Positions 51,930 through 63,561 of a stretch of 64,000 bases of DNA are shown one piece after another. The notes below the pieces were generated by a model. That model had not been told where the DNA came from, searched no databases, and saw nothing but the letters and a program-made list of their open reading frames with translations. How positions within the stretch are numbered: the stretch's first letter is position 1; every line of letters begins with the position of its first letter. Position numbers and translations under genes: made by a program. Origin of the DNA: Macrostomum lignano. Lineage: Eukaryota. The DNA lies in the NCBI GenBank assembly GCA_002269645.1, contig NIVC01000146.1, forward strand, positions 124,001 through 188,000. The letters are read 5' to 3'.

Positions 51930-53263
51930 ACTCAATGCTCCACCCAATACTCTACCCAATGCTCTACCCAATGCTCTACCCAATGCTCTACCCAATGCTC
52001 TACCCAATGCTCTACCCAATGCTCTACACAATACTCTACCCAATGCTCTACCCAATGCTCTACCCAATGCTCTACCCAATACTCTACCCAATGCTCCACA
52101 ATGCTCCACCTAATGCTCCACCCAATGCTCCACCGATTGCTCCACCCAATGCTCCACCCAATGCTCCACCCAATACTCCACCCAATGCTCCACCTAATGC
52201 TCCACCCAATGCTCCACCCAATGCTCCACCCAATGCTCCACCCAATGCTCCACCTAATGCTCCACCCAATGCTCCACCCAATGCTCCACCCAATGCTCCA
52301 CCTAATGTTCCACCCAATGCTCCACCCAATGCTCCACCCAATGCTCCACCCAATGCTCCACCCAATGCTCCACCTAATGCTCCACCCAATGCTCCACCCA
52401 ATGCTCCACCTAATGCTCCACCCAATGCTCCACCCAATGCTCCACCTAATGCTCCACCAATGCTCCACCCAATGCTCCACCTAATGCTCCACCCAATGCT
52501 CCACCCAATGCTCCACCTAATGCTCCACCTAATGCTCCACCCAATGCTCCAATGCTCCACCCAATGCTCCACCAATGCTCCACCCAATGCTCCACCCAAT
52601 GCTCCACCAATGCTCCCCCAATGCTCCACCCAATGCTCCACCCAATGCTCCACCCAATGCTCCACCCAATACTCTACCCAATGCTCCACCCAATGCTCCC
52701 CTAATGCTCCACCCAATGCTCCACCCAATGCTCCACCCAATGCTCCACCCAATGCTCCCCTAATGCTCCACCTAATGCTCCACCCAATGCTCTACCCAAT
52801 GCTCCAAATGCTCCACCTAATGCTCCACCCAATGCTCCACCCATGCTCCACCCAATGCTCCACCCAATGCTCCACCCAATGCTCCACCAATGCTCCACCA
52901 ATGCTCCCCAATGCTCCACCCAATGCTCCACCCAATGCTCCACCCAATGCTGCTCCACCCAATGCTCCACCCAATGCTCCACCCAATGCTCCACCCAATG
53001 CTCCCACCCAATGCTCCACCCAATACTCTACCCAATGCTCCACCCTCCAATGCTCCACCCAATGCTCCACACAATGCTCCACCCAATGCTCCACCCAATG
53101 CTCCACCCAATGCTTCACCCAATGCTCCACCCAATGCTTCCACCCAATGCTCCACCCAATGCTCCACCCAATGCTCCACCTAATGCTCCACCCAATGCTC
53201 CACCCAATGCTCCACCCAATGCTCCACCCAATGCTCCACCCAATACTCTACCCAATGCTCCAC
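51930..53263. repeat. 12-bp minisatellite (CAATGCTCCACC)
   Basis: About 110 copies filling the last intron of the LC8-like gene. Confidence 0.97.
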
Positions 53264-53411
53264 CTGATACCTAACCTCAAACTTGGCCGGTATGCAGAAT
53301 GCCCAACCTGATTTGCTGCTTACCCAGCAAATTAATTGACGTTTTGTCTTCTTCAAGTTTTCTAAGCCATCCCCTGTACTCGTGCATCTCATTTGAGCAC
53401 ACTCCCCTTAC

Positions 53412-53694
53412 CCGGTGAAGTGCCGGCCAATCACCACGGCGCACTCGAAGCCCAGTCGCCTCAGCTCCAGTCTCACGTTGCTGGCCTGTTCGGCGTCCGA
53501 TTCGAACTTGCTGACAGCCTGCGACACCAGGCTAGCGATGAAAGCCGTATTCTGCTGGGTGAAGCCGGACCGCTGCACCCGGACCGCCGCCCGACCGCCG
53601 CTGCGGGTATCGCCGTTTCGACCGGCGGCGCATTGCAGGTTCAGGCCGCTCCGTTTCAGTTCCGTCAGGCGAGACCGGGCGTAGGGAGAAAAGT
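53412..53694 (-). CDS. LC8-like-domain protein, exon 2 (...AAVRVQRSGFTQQNTAFIASLVSQAVSKFESDAEQASNVRLELRRLGFECAVVIGRHFTG)
   Basis: GG|gtaagg donor at 53411. The phase-1 acceptor cctgtgcgcag|AC at 53694 fits the upstream donor; the 5' boundary is less certain than the 3'. Confidence 0.65.
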
Positions 53695-53769
53695 CTGCGC
53701 ACAGGCGGCACTCTGGGGTTGCAAAAGGTTTTGATGCCAGAAAGAGCCTCAATAGGTCCTGTGTGGGAT

Positions 53770-54356
53770 CCAGGAGGGTCTGGTAGGGTGCAGGAGCCGA
53801 GCATGCAGATACAGGAGGGTCTGGTAGGGTGGTAGGGTGCGGTAGTCGAGCATGTAAATCCATGAGGGTCTGGTAGGGTGCGGTAGCCGAGCATGCAGAT
53901 ACAGGAGGGTCTGGTAGGGTTGTAAGGTGCGGTAGCCAAGCATAAATCCAGGAGGGTCTGGTAGGGTGGTAGGGTGCGGTAGCCGAGCATGAAGATCCAA
54001 GAGGGTCTGTTAGGGTGTGGGAGCCGAGCATGCAGATACAGGAGGGTCTGTTAGGGTGCGGGAGCCGAGCATGCAGATACAGGAGGGTCTGGTAGGGTGC
54101 GGAAGCCGAGCATGCAGATACAGGAGGGTCTGGATAGGGTGCGGGAGCCGAGCATGCAGATACAGGAGGGTCTGGTAGGGTGCGGGAGCCGAGCATGCAG
54201 ATACAGGAGGGTCTGGTAGGGTGCGGGAGCCGAGCATGCAGATACAGGAGGGTCTGGTAGGGTGCGGGAGCCGAGCATGCAGATACAGGAGGGTCTGGTA
54301 GGGTGCGGGAGCCGAGCATGCAGATACAGGAGGGTCTGGTAGGGTGCGGGAGCCCG
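53770..54356. repeat. 41-bp minisatellite (GAGCCGAGCATGCAGATACAGGAGGGTCTGGTAGGGTGCGG)
   Basis: About 14 copies in the predicted intron 54414-53695. Confidence 0.95.
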
Positions 54357-54414
54357 ACTCGGAGGCAATCATGTCTCAGTAAAAAGATCCATTGATCCAA
54401 AGACTGCGACTCAC

Positions 54415-55888
54415 CTGCACTCTGCTGCTCTCTGGTTCGACCGCGTGAGGCGGAAGTCTCGGTCAGCATGGAGACGGTGGCCGTGCTGGACACAGTGCTC
54501 ACCGTGAACGCGTCGTCCTGGCCGCCGCCCAGCAGCCACGACTGCTCGGCGCTTGCTCCTCTTTCGTCGTTGTTGTTGACTTCGCCGAGGTTGCGCCGGT
54601 CCTGGCGAATGGACACAGGTGGCGGAGCGCACCGGTTGACCTCGACGACCAACGCGTCGTTGCCATCACCGGAAGAGCCAGCTCTGTTCGCAGCAGCCGA
54701 TGCGCTTTCGTGAGTGACTCGCGACACCCTTGACCAGGCGATCGGCTCGGCTGGGCAGCTGGAGGTGGCCGTCTCGGAGCTCGTCGCCGAATGCGCGCTT
54801 GGCGACGTCTGCTGATGGCAGACAGTTGGCGGCACCAGCTGCATCTGCCAGCTGCTGCTCCTATCGCTGCATTCGATGCCGCAGCATCCGCCGTTTCCGC
54901 TGCCACCGCCGCATTTTTCAGCGCTAGCTGCCGGCTCGGCCAGCGATCGGAGGGGGCCCGCCTCAAGGATGACTCGACGTCTACCAGATGGCTGCGTCCG
55001 CATTGGTTCCGCACGTTCAGCTAGAGTTGTTGTCAGCAGCTGGCAGTTGCTGGCCTGCAACATCATTAGCTTCCGATGCTGCTGCTGTTGTTCCTGCTGT
55101 CTGCGCAAGACACCACCGCCCCCGGTGGCAAGGAGGGCTACGGCAGCGGCCTTGTCTGTACAATCCATTCCTTCCAGGCTTCCAGCTTGCGTGGCCAACT
55201 CGTAGCGCTGTTGGTACACGACACTATCCTGGGTGGAGTAGCGACTTATCTCAAACGACTCGGTATTGGCTGATTCTATTAGCTTCGGCTTATCTGGCTG
55301 CTTCTGCTGCTGTGGCTTCTCAGCGCAGGCCTCATTCAGGCTCTGAATAAGTTTGCCATTGAATTCAGCGGCTTTGGAATCCAAATCAGTCCATGTTGTT
55401 GATGAACTGCTCGTCTCTTTGTCGTCATTCTCTGATCTAAATACCAGGTTAAGCGGAGAGCCGTCGCATTGCGAAACCGACTGCTTACTGCTTATCTGCG
55501 CTTCCTCTGTTGTTCCAACACTCGCTGAAGCCATTGCGGAACCATTATTTCCCCCAATGCCCATTCCAGATCCCATTTGCATTAGTTCACCTCCAGTCGT
55601 CGCCGAAGAATCTGGCCAGTTGCTGGCACAATCGCCGGAAATGGATCGGCCGCATGAGCGCTGCAGCATGGCTTCAAAGTCCGAAAGGCGCGATTCCATT
55701 GCGGCCAGTCGCAGCTCCAGCCGACTCAGCTCATCTGTGCGCGAACCGTTGCCGCTGCCAGGGCCAGAATATTTGTCATCAGTCCGCAAGTGCTGTTGGT
55801 GCTGGGAAAAGCTGTCACGGCTTCCAGCAGTGACACTGTCGCCTCGGCTACTTGGTGGTTGCTGTTGGCTGTCACTGAAGCCTAGCAT
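54415..55888 (-). CDS. Large Ser/Gln/Ala-rich low-complexity protein with a short coiled coil and C-terminal dynein-light-chain-like domain, exon 1. Model join(complement 55888-54415, 53694-53412, 51889-51766) = 626 aa
   Basis: Long GC-rich open frame; first in-frame ATG 55888 (frame open to 55987, so the 5' end is uncertain); G|gtgagt donor at 54414; heptad-like ELSRLELRLAAMESRLSDFEAMLQ. Confidence 0.7.
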
Positions 55889-57364
55889 AATCGGCCGACT
55901 GCGACTGGATCGGTTACTGGAGGACCGCGTGTTACACGCGGAGCTTTTGCCCGTTCTAATGTTGCTAATAGGAGGCAACACGAGCAATAATCAATGCGTA
56001 GGCCATTTATGTATGCTTTGCCAGAGTTCTCTTTAATTTGTAGCCATAGACAAAGACTTCCAGAAATATTGTACGCGAAAGATGAACTAAATCACTAAGG
56101 TACATCTGTTAAACCAGTGAATCTAGTCATTACAGCTTGGAGTTGCAGAAGATTTTGAAAAGGCACACACACGTCAGGTGGCCCGATGTGGGCAGTAAAT
56201 TTTAGACATATAAATATAGCACTAAGATATATCCATTTAGCTTTATAGTCAATCGGGGTTAGCTAGCTACTGTAACGTATGTCTACTGCAGTATATCCAT
56301 ATAGGAAATCCTTACGATACTTGATGAATCTCAATTCCTAGACGCTTTTCTGTTGTAACTGGGACAGCTAGTCGAGAAAAAACCTAATGCAATGACCCAA
56401 CGGGACCAGAACTAATTACTGTAAAGTAGCTTAAAACGGATAAAGAATTTTTGTGCAGTTAGAATCGTTTAAACCATTTATAGCGTAAATTCAAACGCAA
56501 TAGCAAAACTAACGCGTGACTTAACTCTTCAGGTTTTTGCATGCCTTGAGGGGTTTATCTGTTGCATGCTAGGTTAAATGGGTTTTACCGCATCAAATGA
56601 TATAATGTGATAATAATATTTTATCTAAAGAAGCAACTAACTAGCCACCCACATCTAATCATACTAATGTGAATGTTGTTAAGGTAGCTACTGTCAAGTG
56701 TCATTATTTTTCACTTGTTTTTGGGCCTCTGCCTCAGCCTCCACAAGTGAAACTCTAGTTTTCTTTCTCCTATACATTCTGTTTTATGGACACATTTTTT
56801 AATTTCTAATTGTTGTATTATTTCAATGTGTATTCCGACCTTTGCCTTCAAATTTGATTATACCACAGTATTGTATGTAAATATTTATGATTAGTCGAAG
56901 TCAAGTAGATTCTCAGCTTACTCGATATTATAGAGGCATGTCCTCCACTTTAGCTAAGAAATTCAATGTTTTATTGTCTCTAAGACTTCTTCTGCTAAGC
57001 CTTTTGGTCCTATTACTTTTTGAAGCATTCCTACATGTCTTAATGCCCTTGCTTTGATAATATATATTTTTAATAGTAATAGTTCTATTAACTACTATCC
57101 CTATAGTCTTATAGATTGTTAATAGTATCAGATATTATCAATATATTAAAAATTAATATTCTAATTATTAGGCCTATATGTATTATTTTTTATTTTTAAG
57201 TATTTTAAGTGGTTTTTTAAAATATTTTAATTTAAGTGGTTTAAAAACTTTATAAAAATATAATATAAATAGTCATGCCAAATCAATATTTGTAACATTA
57301 TTTTTCTTGTTAATTTTCTATAATATATTTTAGCTTGTACTATTTATCCATAGTTATATAAAAA

Positions 57365-57662
57365 CATACATGCGCAACAGTCGGCTGAGTCAGCCGATCC
57401 GGCCGACCGATTTGGCGGCCAACCAAGGAAGTTGCAAAAAATGCCCACCCGAAAAAGCACCCAAGTAGTAGTACTAAGTAGCTGATGAGGCATTGCGGCT
57501 TAATAAGAAAGTTATAGTTACTCCTGCCGTTTACCTAAAGTTGCATTAATTTTGCTTTAGGGTTTTTTACATGTAAGTCGCATTTTTGGTCAAAAACTAC
57601 GTCGCATTTTTGTTAAAACTAAGTCGCATGGCCGACCGAATTTTGGAGGTTGCGCATGTATG
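57365..57662. mobile_element. hAT-type MITE, copy 2 (298 bp)
   Basis: Same 14-bp TIRs as copy 1; perfect 8-bp TSD TATAAAAA (57357-57364, 57663-57670). Confidence 0.93.
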
Positions 57663-58094
57663 TATAAAAATATAATAAAATAAAGAATAATATAAAATAA
57701 TAAAATATTCATTTTAACTCAAGCAAGAATAAAAAATATAATTTATATTAAAGCAAAAATTTTTATAAAACAAAAGCATTAAACCTTAATAAGTGTTATC
57801 CTAGACTAAGATATCTAAAAGTTGCTTCATAGAGGCTAATAAGCCTAGTGGCAATGCAGCATGGTATGGTACAACATGGTGTAGCAATGAAAGACAATCC
57901 CCCTTAGGTGCACCCTGATGTATTGCATGCCTACCATGCACTATATGCCATTGTCATTAAAATCAATCTTCTTTTACATACTACAACTAACTCAACTTCC
58001 CAGATCCCTCAAGAATTACGGAGAAGTCCCACACAAAGGGCAACCACTGTTTTCCAGCCTTCAGACTCCCCAGTGCTTGCTGTCTGCCTCATCA

Positions 58095-59177
58095 ATGCTG
58101 CAAGAGCTGGGCCTTGACGAGCTGAAGCGCCGTCTGAAACAGTGGGAACGCGACTTCCAAGCCGAAGCTGGCCACAGGCCCTCCGCTAAAGATGTGGACC
58201 GCGACCCAGAGATTCGCCGACTCTACTGGCGCTACAGCGAGCTTCGGAGCCTCTCCTGGCAGGCTGCCCCAGCTCCATTATCGACTTCCGTTCCAGCCGC
58301 CTCGACGGCCTCCAGCCTCACCAGTGAGCTGGGAGCCAAGCTGTTGAACAACCTGCAGCAGCGCCGACTCTCCAGGGCAGTTGAGAGCTGTCGCGACTCC
58401 GAGATGTCCCCTGTGGCCAGGGCCCCCGCGTCACCCGCCGCCGCTCCTCCCTCCCCCCTCCCTCCGCCCTCGTCTCCGCGCAACTCCGGCGAGAAAACCA
58501 GTCCCAGCCCTTCAGCGCCAGTCGCAGCCGGTGTCGCCAAAGCCGCCGCTATAAAACCTGCCAGACTGTCCAAGTCCGCTTGTCGATTTTCCTACCTGTC
58601 CAAGTCGAACTGCCAGCTGGACAGCGAGCCGCCTTTGACACCTGCCAGCGATCAGCAGCAGCTCGAGTTCCGGTCGACATACTCGTCTGGCCCTGAACCT
58701 GCGGCGCCTTTCGAATCTTTCGATTTGGCATCTGTTACGGTTGCTAAGCAACAAGAGATTAGCGTTGCTAAGGAACACTTGCCAGTTGTTAAGCCAGCGA
58801 CTTTTGACTTTTTAGCAAAGCCTGCCGCCGCTCCCTCGGCGACTCCGCCAGACGAAGACTCGAGCCCCGCCGCCGGGAAGGAGAACTCTGGCGGCGCGTC
58901 GGCGGGCAAGCGGAAGTCAGCGAAGCGCCCTGCCGTTGTTTCCGACGAGGAAGAGAACGGCGCGGCGCCCACAACGAAAGCAAAGCCGAAAGCAAAAGCA
59001 GCAAAACGGCCGCGCTCTGCCGTCCCTCCGGTTGCTTCTTCCGCCGCTCCGGTGTCTTCTTTTGCCGCTGCACCGTCTGGCGGAGGCTCCGGCTTCGCTT
59101 CCTCGGCATCTTCGTCGGCGAACTACGTGAAGGTCAACCTGAGGGTCAAGCGGTTCAGCAGGGGCGGCGCCGGCAAG
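58095..59177 (+). CDS. RECQL4: RecQ-like helicase 4, exon 1 (Sld2-like N-terminus). Partial model join(58095-59177, 59672-60274, 60836-61057, 61511-62044, 62736-62973, ...)
   Basis: MLQELGLDELKRRLKQWERDFQAEAGHRPSAKDV...YWRYSEL matches the RECQL4/Sld2 N-terminus; NYVKVNLRVKRF motif; AAG|gtgagg at 59178. Confidence 0.9.
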
Positions 59178-59234
59178 GTGAGGCCCGGGTTTCCCCCAGA
59201 GTCTGGGGTCTTCAGTCAGGCACCCGCTGCATCT

Positions 59235-59662
59235 CTCACTCACACCCGCATGTCTCACCCAGACACCCGCATCTCTCACCCACACCCGCATCTCTCACCC
59301 TAAACCCGCATCTCTCACCCTCACCCGCATCTCTCACCCACACCCGCATCTCTCACCCACACCCGCATCTCTCACCCTCAACCCGCATCTCTCACCCACA
59401 CCCGCATCTCTCACCCTAAACCCGCATCTCTCACCCTCACCCGCATCTCTCACCCTCACCCGCATCTCTCACCCACACCCGCATCTCTCACCCTCAACCC
59501 GCATCTCTCACCCTAAACCCGCATCTCTCACCCTCAACCCGCATCTCTCACCCACACCCGCATCTCTCACCCTAAACCCGCATCTCTCACCCTCAACCCG
59601 CATCTCTCACCCACACCCGCATCTCTCACCCTAAACCCGCATCTCTCACCCTCACCCGCATC
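59235..59662. repeat. 19-21-bp C-rich minisatellite (CACCCGCATCTCTCACCCA)
   Basis: About 21 copies ending at the exon-2 acceptor. Confidence 0.96.
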
Positions 59663-59671
59663 TCCAACCAG

Positions 59672-60274
59672 GGACGGGCGAAATTCCGCAACTTCAAGCG
59701 GGCCGAGTGGAAGCGCAAGTCTCGCCTGAACGGCGCTAACGCGAATCGCTGTTTCGCCTGCGGCGAGGAAGGCCACTGGGCGGACAAGTGCCCCCGCCCT
59801 AAGGTTGGACGTCGCGAGGCAACGGACGGTGCACCAGCCCCAGTCGGCGCTCCGGCTGAGGACGACGGCATCGGGGAGGAGGAGTTCTCAGACAGCCTAG
59901 TGGCCACTCCGGCCGCTGCGCCATCGGTAGATCTGGCCGCCCTGGAGGCCGCCCGGCCGCCCGATTTTCCCGGCGACCTTCGCACTGTGCAGCGGCCGCA
60001 TTCGGCTGCCGGCGGAGGCGGCGGGCCGCCGCCGCACATCGAGCCGCTGGCCGACGAAGTTCCAACGTCCGAGGTTCGAGCCCTCCTCCGCCGATTCGGA
60101 CACGCAGATTTTCGGCCAGGCCAAGCTGACGCGATCGGCCGCGTGCTGGCCGGCCGGTCGGCTCTGGTTGTCATGGCAACGGGGGCGGGGAAGTCGCTGT
60201 GCTACCAGCTGCCGGCACTGCTGTATCATAGCAAGAGAGCTGGCGCAGTGGCCCTTGTGATCTCCCCGCTGCAG
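59672..60274 (+). CDS. RECQL4: RECQL4 exon 2 (CCHC zinc knuckle; helicase Q motif and motifs I/Ia)
   Basis: accag|GGA at 59672; CFACGEEGHWADKC; FRPGQ; ATGAGKSLCYQLP; VISPLQ; CAG|gtaaga at 60275. Confidence 0.95.
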
Positions 60275-60322
60275 GTAAGAAGATTTTGATTTCATGGCCC
60301 TCTTCTGCATAGAGCTTGCCAT

Positions 60323-60775
60323 CTGTCTGTGGGTGGGGATCTGTGCTGTCTGTGTGTGTGGGGATCTGTGCTGTCTGTGAGTGGGGATCTGTGCTGTCTG
60401 TGGGTGGGGATCTGTGCTGTCTGTGTGTGGGGATCTGTGCTGTCTGTGAGTGGGGATCTGTGCTGTCTGTGGGTTGGGATCTGTGCTGTCTGTGTGTGTG
60501 GGGATCTGTGCTGTCTGTGAGTGGGGATCTGTGCTGTCTGTGTGGGGGGATCTGTGCTGTCTGTGTGTGGGGAATTGTGCTGTCTGTGTGTGCAGGGATC
60601 TGTGCTGTCTGTGTGTTCAGGGATCTGTGCTGTTTGTGTGGGGATCTGTGCTGTGTGTGGGGATCTGTGCTGTCTGTGTGTGGGGATCTGTGCTGTCTGT
60701 GTGTGCGGGGATCTGTGCTGTCTGTGTGTGCGGGGATCTGTGCTGTGTGTGTGTGCGGGGATCTGTGCTGTGTGT
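60323..60775. repeat. ~23-bp minisatellite (GGGGATCTGTGCTGTCTGTGTGT)
   Basis: About 20 copies. Confidence 0.95.
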
Positions 60776-60835
60776 GTTATTTCCCATCTCAACATCGCAT
60801 TATTCAATAGAACACCCCGACAAAACCTACTCCAG

Positions 60836-61057
60836 GCGCTGATGGAGGACCAGCTCTCCCGCCTGCCAGCCTGCCTGCCCGCCGCCTGTCTTCACTCCGG
60901 TCAGTCGGCCGAACTGCGCGACCGAATCCGCGCCGACGCCGCCGCCGGCCGCCTCGCCTGCCTGCTGGTGTCGCCGGAGATGCTCGTCGACGGTGCGGTC
61001 GCCCTCCGCCTGCCAGCGGGCGTCAGCTTCGCTTGCATCGACGAGGCGCACTGTCTG
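60836..61057 (+). CDS. RECQL4: RECQL4 exon 3 (ALMEDQ...VSPE...CIDEAHCL)
   Basis: tccag|GCG at 60836; DEAH motif II; CTG|gtgagc at 61058. Confidence 0.96.
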
Positions 61058-61510
61058 GTGAGCTACGGGCCTTAGACAGCGACTTTTATCTACAATAATC
61101 AGTGCTTTTTATTTTTGGTAGTTAATTTTCTCCTTAGTCTACTGATGATGAATCAGGATGTGTCAGTAGCATGCTGTGCATTTTATCCAAGAAATTTTTG
61201 TGAGCTCGTTAAAATTTTATTAAATCCTTATAATCAGTTTCTTACGTCTAAAAGAAAGAAATTGTTGAATTCTCCTCGAAGAAAATGACTGAATTCCCCT
61301 CGTAGAAAATTACTGAATTCCCCTCGAAGTAGATAACTGAATTCCCCTAAAATGACTGAATTCCTAATGAATTCCTAATAATTCCTAATGAAAGAATTCC
61401 TAAATACCTAAGGACTTGTTTAACTTAATGACTAAGAGAATTCTGTACTTATTCCCCAAATGACCTCAAATGACCCCGTGACCTCGCCTTCCCCTTCCAA
61501 CCGAGTCCAG

Positions 61511-62044
61511 GCCGACTGGTCGCACCACTTCCGCCCCGCCTACCTCCGCGTGCTGTCCGTCCTCCGGTCCGTCTACTCCGTCCGCTGCTTCCTTGGCCTG
61601 ACAGCCACTGCCGGGCCGCTGACCGCCCGCTCCGTTGCTCGCCTGCTGGACGCGGACCCGCTGCTGAACCCGGGCCCCCCACTGCCGTCCAACCTGCGCC
61701 TGTCGGCCTCTTCAGCTGGCTTTAACAAAACCGAAGCCCTGCTCCAGCTGTTGGACTCTGAGCCCTACAAATCCTGCGGCTCCATCCTAATCTACTGCGG
61801 CTCCCGGGCCGAAGCAGAGGCGGTTGCCGGCCTTCTCAGAACCTCCCTTGGCGGCGCCGCTGCCGCCCGCGCCTACCACGCGGGCATGTCGGCCGCTGAG
61901 CGGCGTCGGGCTCAGCGCGCCTTCACTAGCGGCCGGTGCCGCATTCTGGCGGCCACGGTGGCTCTCGGCATGGGGCTCGACAAGCCCGACGTGCGCTGCG
62001 TGTTGCACTTTTCACCGCCCGCCTCGTATAGGGACTATGTTCAG
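61511..62044 (+). CDS. RECQL4: RECQL4 exon 4 (WSHHFRPAY, LTATA, YHAGM, ATVALGMGLDKPDVR)
   Basis: tccag|GCC at 61511; helicase motifs III-V; CAG|gtgagt at 62045. Confidence 0.96.
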
Positions 62045-62091
62045 GTGAGTCCGCCCACCATGCTCATTGAGTCGCTAGCAAATCGCCTGTA

Positions 62092-62695
62092 CTGACCAAC
62101 CACCCGCACTGACCCACCACCCGCACTGACCCACCACCCGTACTGACCCACCACCCGCACTGACCCACTGCCCGCACTGACCCACCACCCGCACTGACCC
62201 ACCACCCGCACTGACCCACCACCCGTACTGACCCACCACCCGCACTGACCCACTGCCCGCACTGACCCACCACCCGCACTGACCCACTGCCCGCACTGAC
62301 CCACCACCCGCACTGACCCACTGCCCGCACTGACCCACCACCCGTACTGATCCACCACCCGCACTGACCCACCACCCGTACTGACCCACCACCCGCACTG
62401 ACCCACCACCCGCACTGACCCACTGCCCGCACTGACCCACCACCCGCACTGACCCACTGCCCGCACTGACCCACCACCCGCACTGACCCACCACCCGCAC
62501 TGACCCACTGCCCGCACTGACCCACTGCCCGCACTGACCCACCACCCGCACTGACCCACTGCCCGCACTGACCCACCACCCGCACTGACCCACCACCCGC
62601 ACTGACCCGCCACCCGCACTGACCCACCACCCGCACTGACCCACCGCCTGCACTGACCCACCACCCGCACTGACCCACTGCCCGCACTGACCCAC
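62092..62695. repeat. 17-bp C-rich minisatellite (CACCCGCACTGACCCAC)
   Basis: About 35 copies. Confidence 0.96.
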
Positions 62696-62735
62696 ACCGC
62701 CTGAGATGACCCACCGCCCCACGCCGCCACCCCAG

Positions 62736-62973
62736 GAGGTGGGCAGGGCCGGTCGTGATGGAGACCCGGCCTACTGCCACACCCTGCTGGCGCATCCGCC
62801 AGGCGCCGACCTGCTCCGCCTGCAGCGCCACGTGTTCGCCAACTGCGTTGAGCCGACCGGAGTCAAGGCGCTGATCAGGCGGCTGTTCCCCGTCAAGCCC
62901 GACTGCCGGCTGTGCGCCGCTGGTGCCGCTGAAGCCGCCGAGGCTGACAAAATTGAGTGCGAGGGCGGCGCCG
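62736..62973 (+). CDS. RECQL4: RECQL4 exon 5 (EVGRAGRDG motif VI and start of the zinc-binding region)
   Basis: cccag|GAG at 62736; G|gtgagt phase-1 donor at 62974; next RECQL4 exon not found in the window. Confidence 0.92.
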
Positions 62974-63365
62974 GTGAGTGGCAAAGTTTAGAGTGTTAAT
63001 TTTGCACCTGGGAAAGCTGAGGTCAATTGGGGTCAGCTGTGCTGTTTCCTGAAAATAATCTCGCCTGCGGCAGTCAGTGGCACACTGCGGTTTCATGTAA
63101 CGAATGTGTTCGGATTCGCCTATGAGATTCACCCCTAGTGCATGTGCATAGCAAAAATATATTAGTAAATAAACATTCAAGTGAGAGATTGAGCCGGCCC
63201 TGACTTGTTTTTCCTTGTCTTGGCATACCTGATTCACTGTATCAATCACATGCTAACTTCTATCTATATTTAACACTGACATCCTGACGCACACCTTAAA
63301 TGGATAAAAAGCTGATTTTAAGAAAGGTATTTTACTCAATAAGCCATTCGCCTGATCGGATCGCA

Positions 63366-63465
63366 ATGTCCAAGCCGTCGCCAGCATCAGCAGCCTCAAT
63401 GCCAGCAGGAGGTGCCGCTACTGAACGCTCGGCTCTACCGCCGTTTCTACCTCGCAACGAGATCG
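63366..63465 (+). CDS. Unidentified protein, candidate first coding exon (MSKPSPASAASMPAGGAATERSALPPFLPRNEI)
   Basis: ATG 63366; G|gtgagt phase-1 donor at 63466; a 96-nt intron joins in frame to 63562. Confidence 0.55.
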
Positions 63466-63561
63466 GTGAGTCTGCGTCTTGTATTAAATATATTCGAATA
63501 ATACATATTAGCAATATATCAATATTATTAAGATATGAATATTGCAAACACATCGCTGCAG

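Noticed and set aside
57918-58094. In-frame N-terminal extension of the RECQL4 ORF from GTG 57918
   Set aside because: AT-rich and non-homologous; the conserved Sld2-like sequence begins right after ATG 58095
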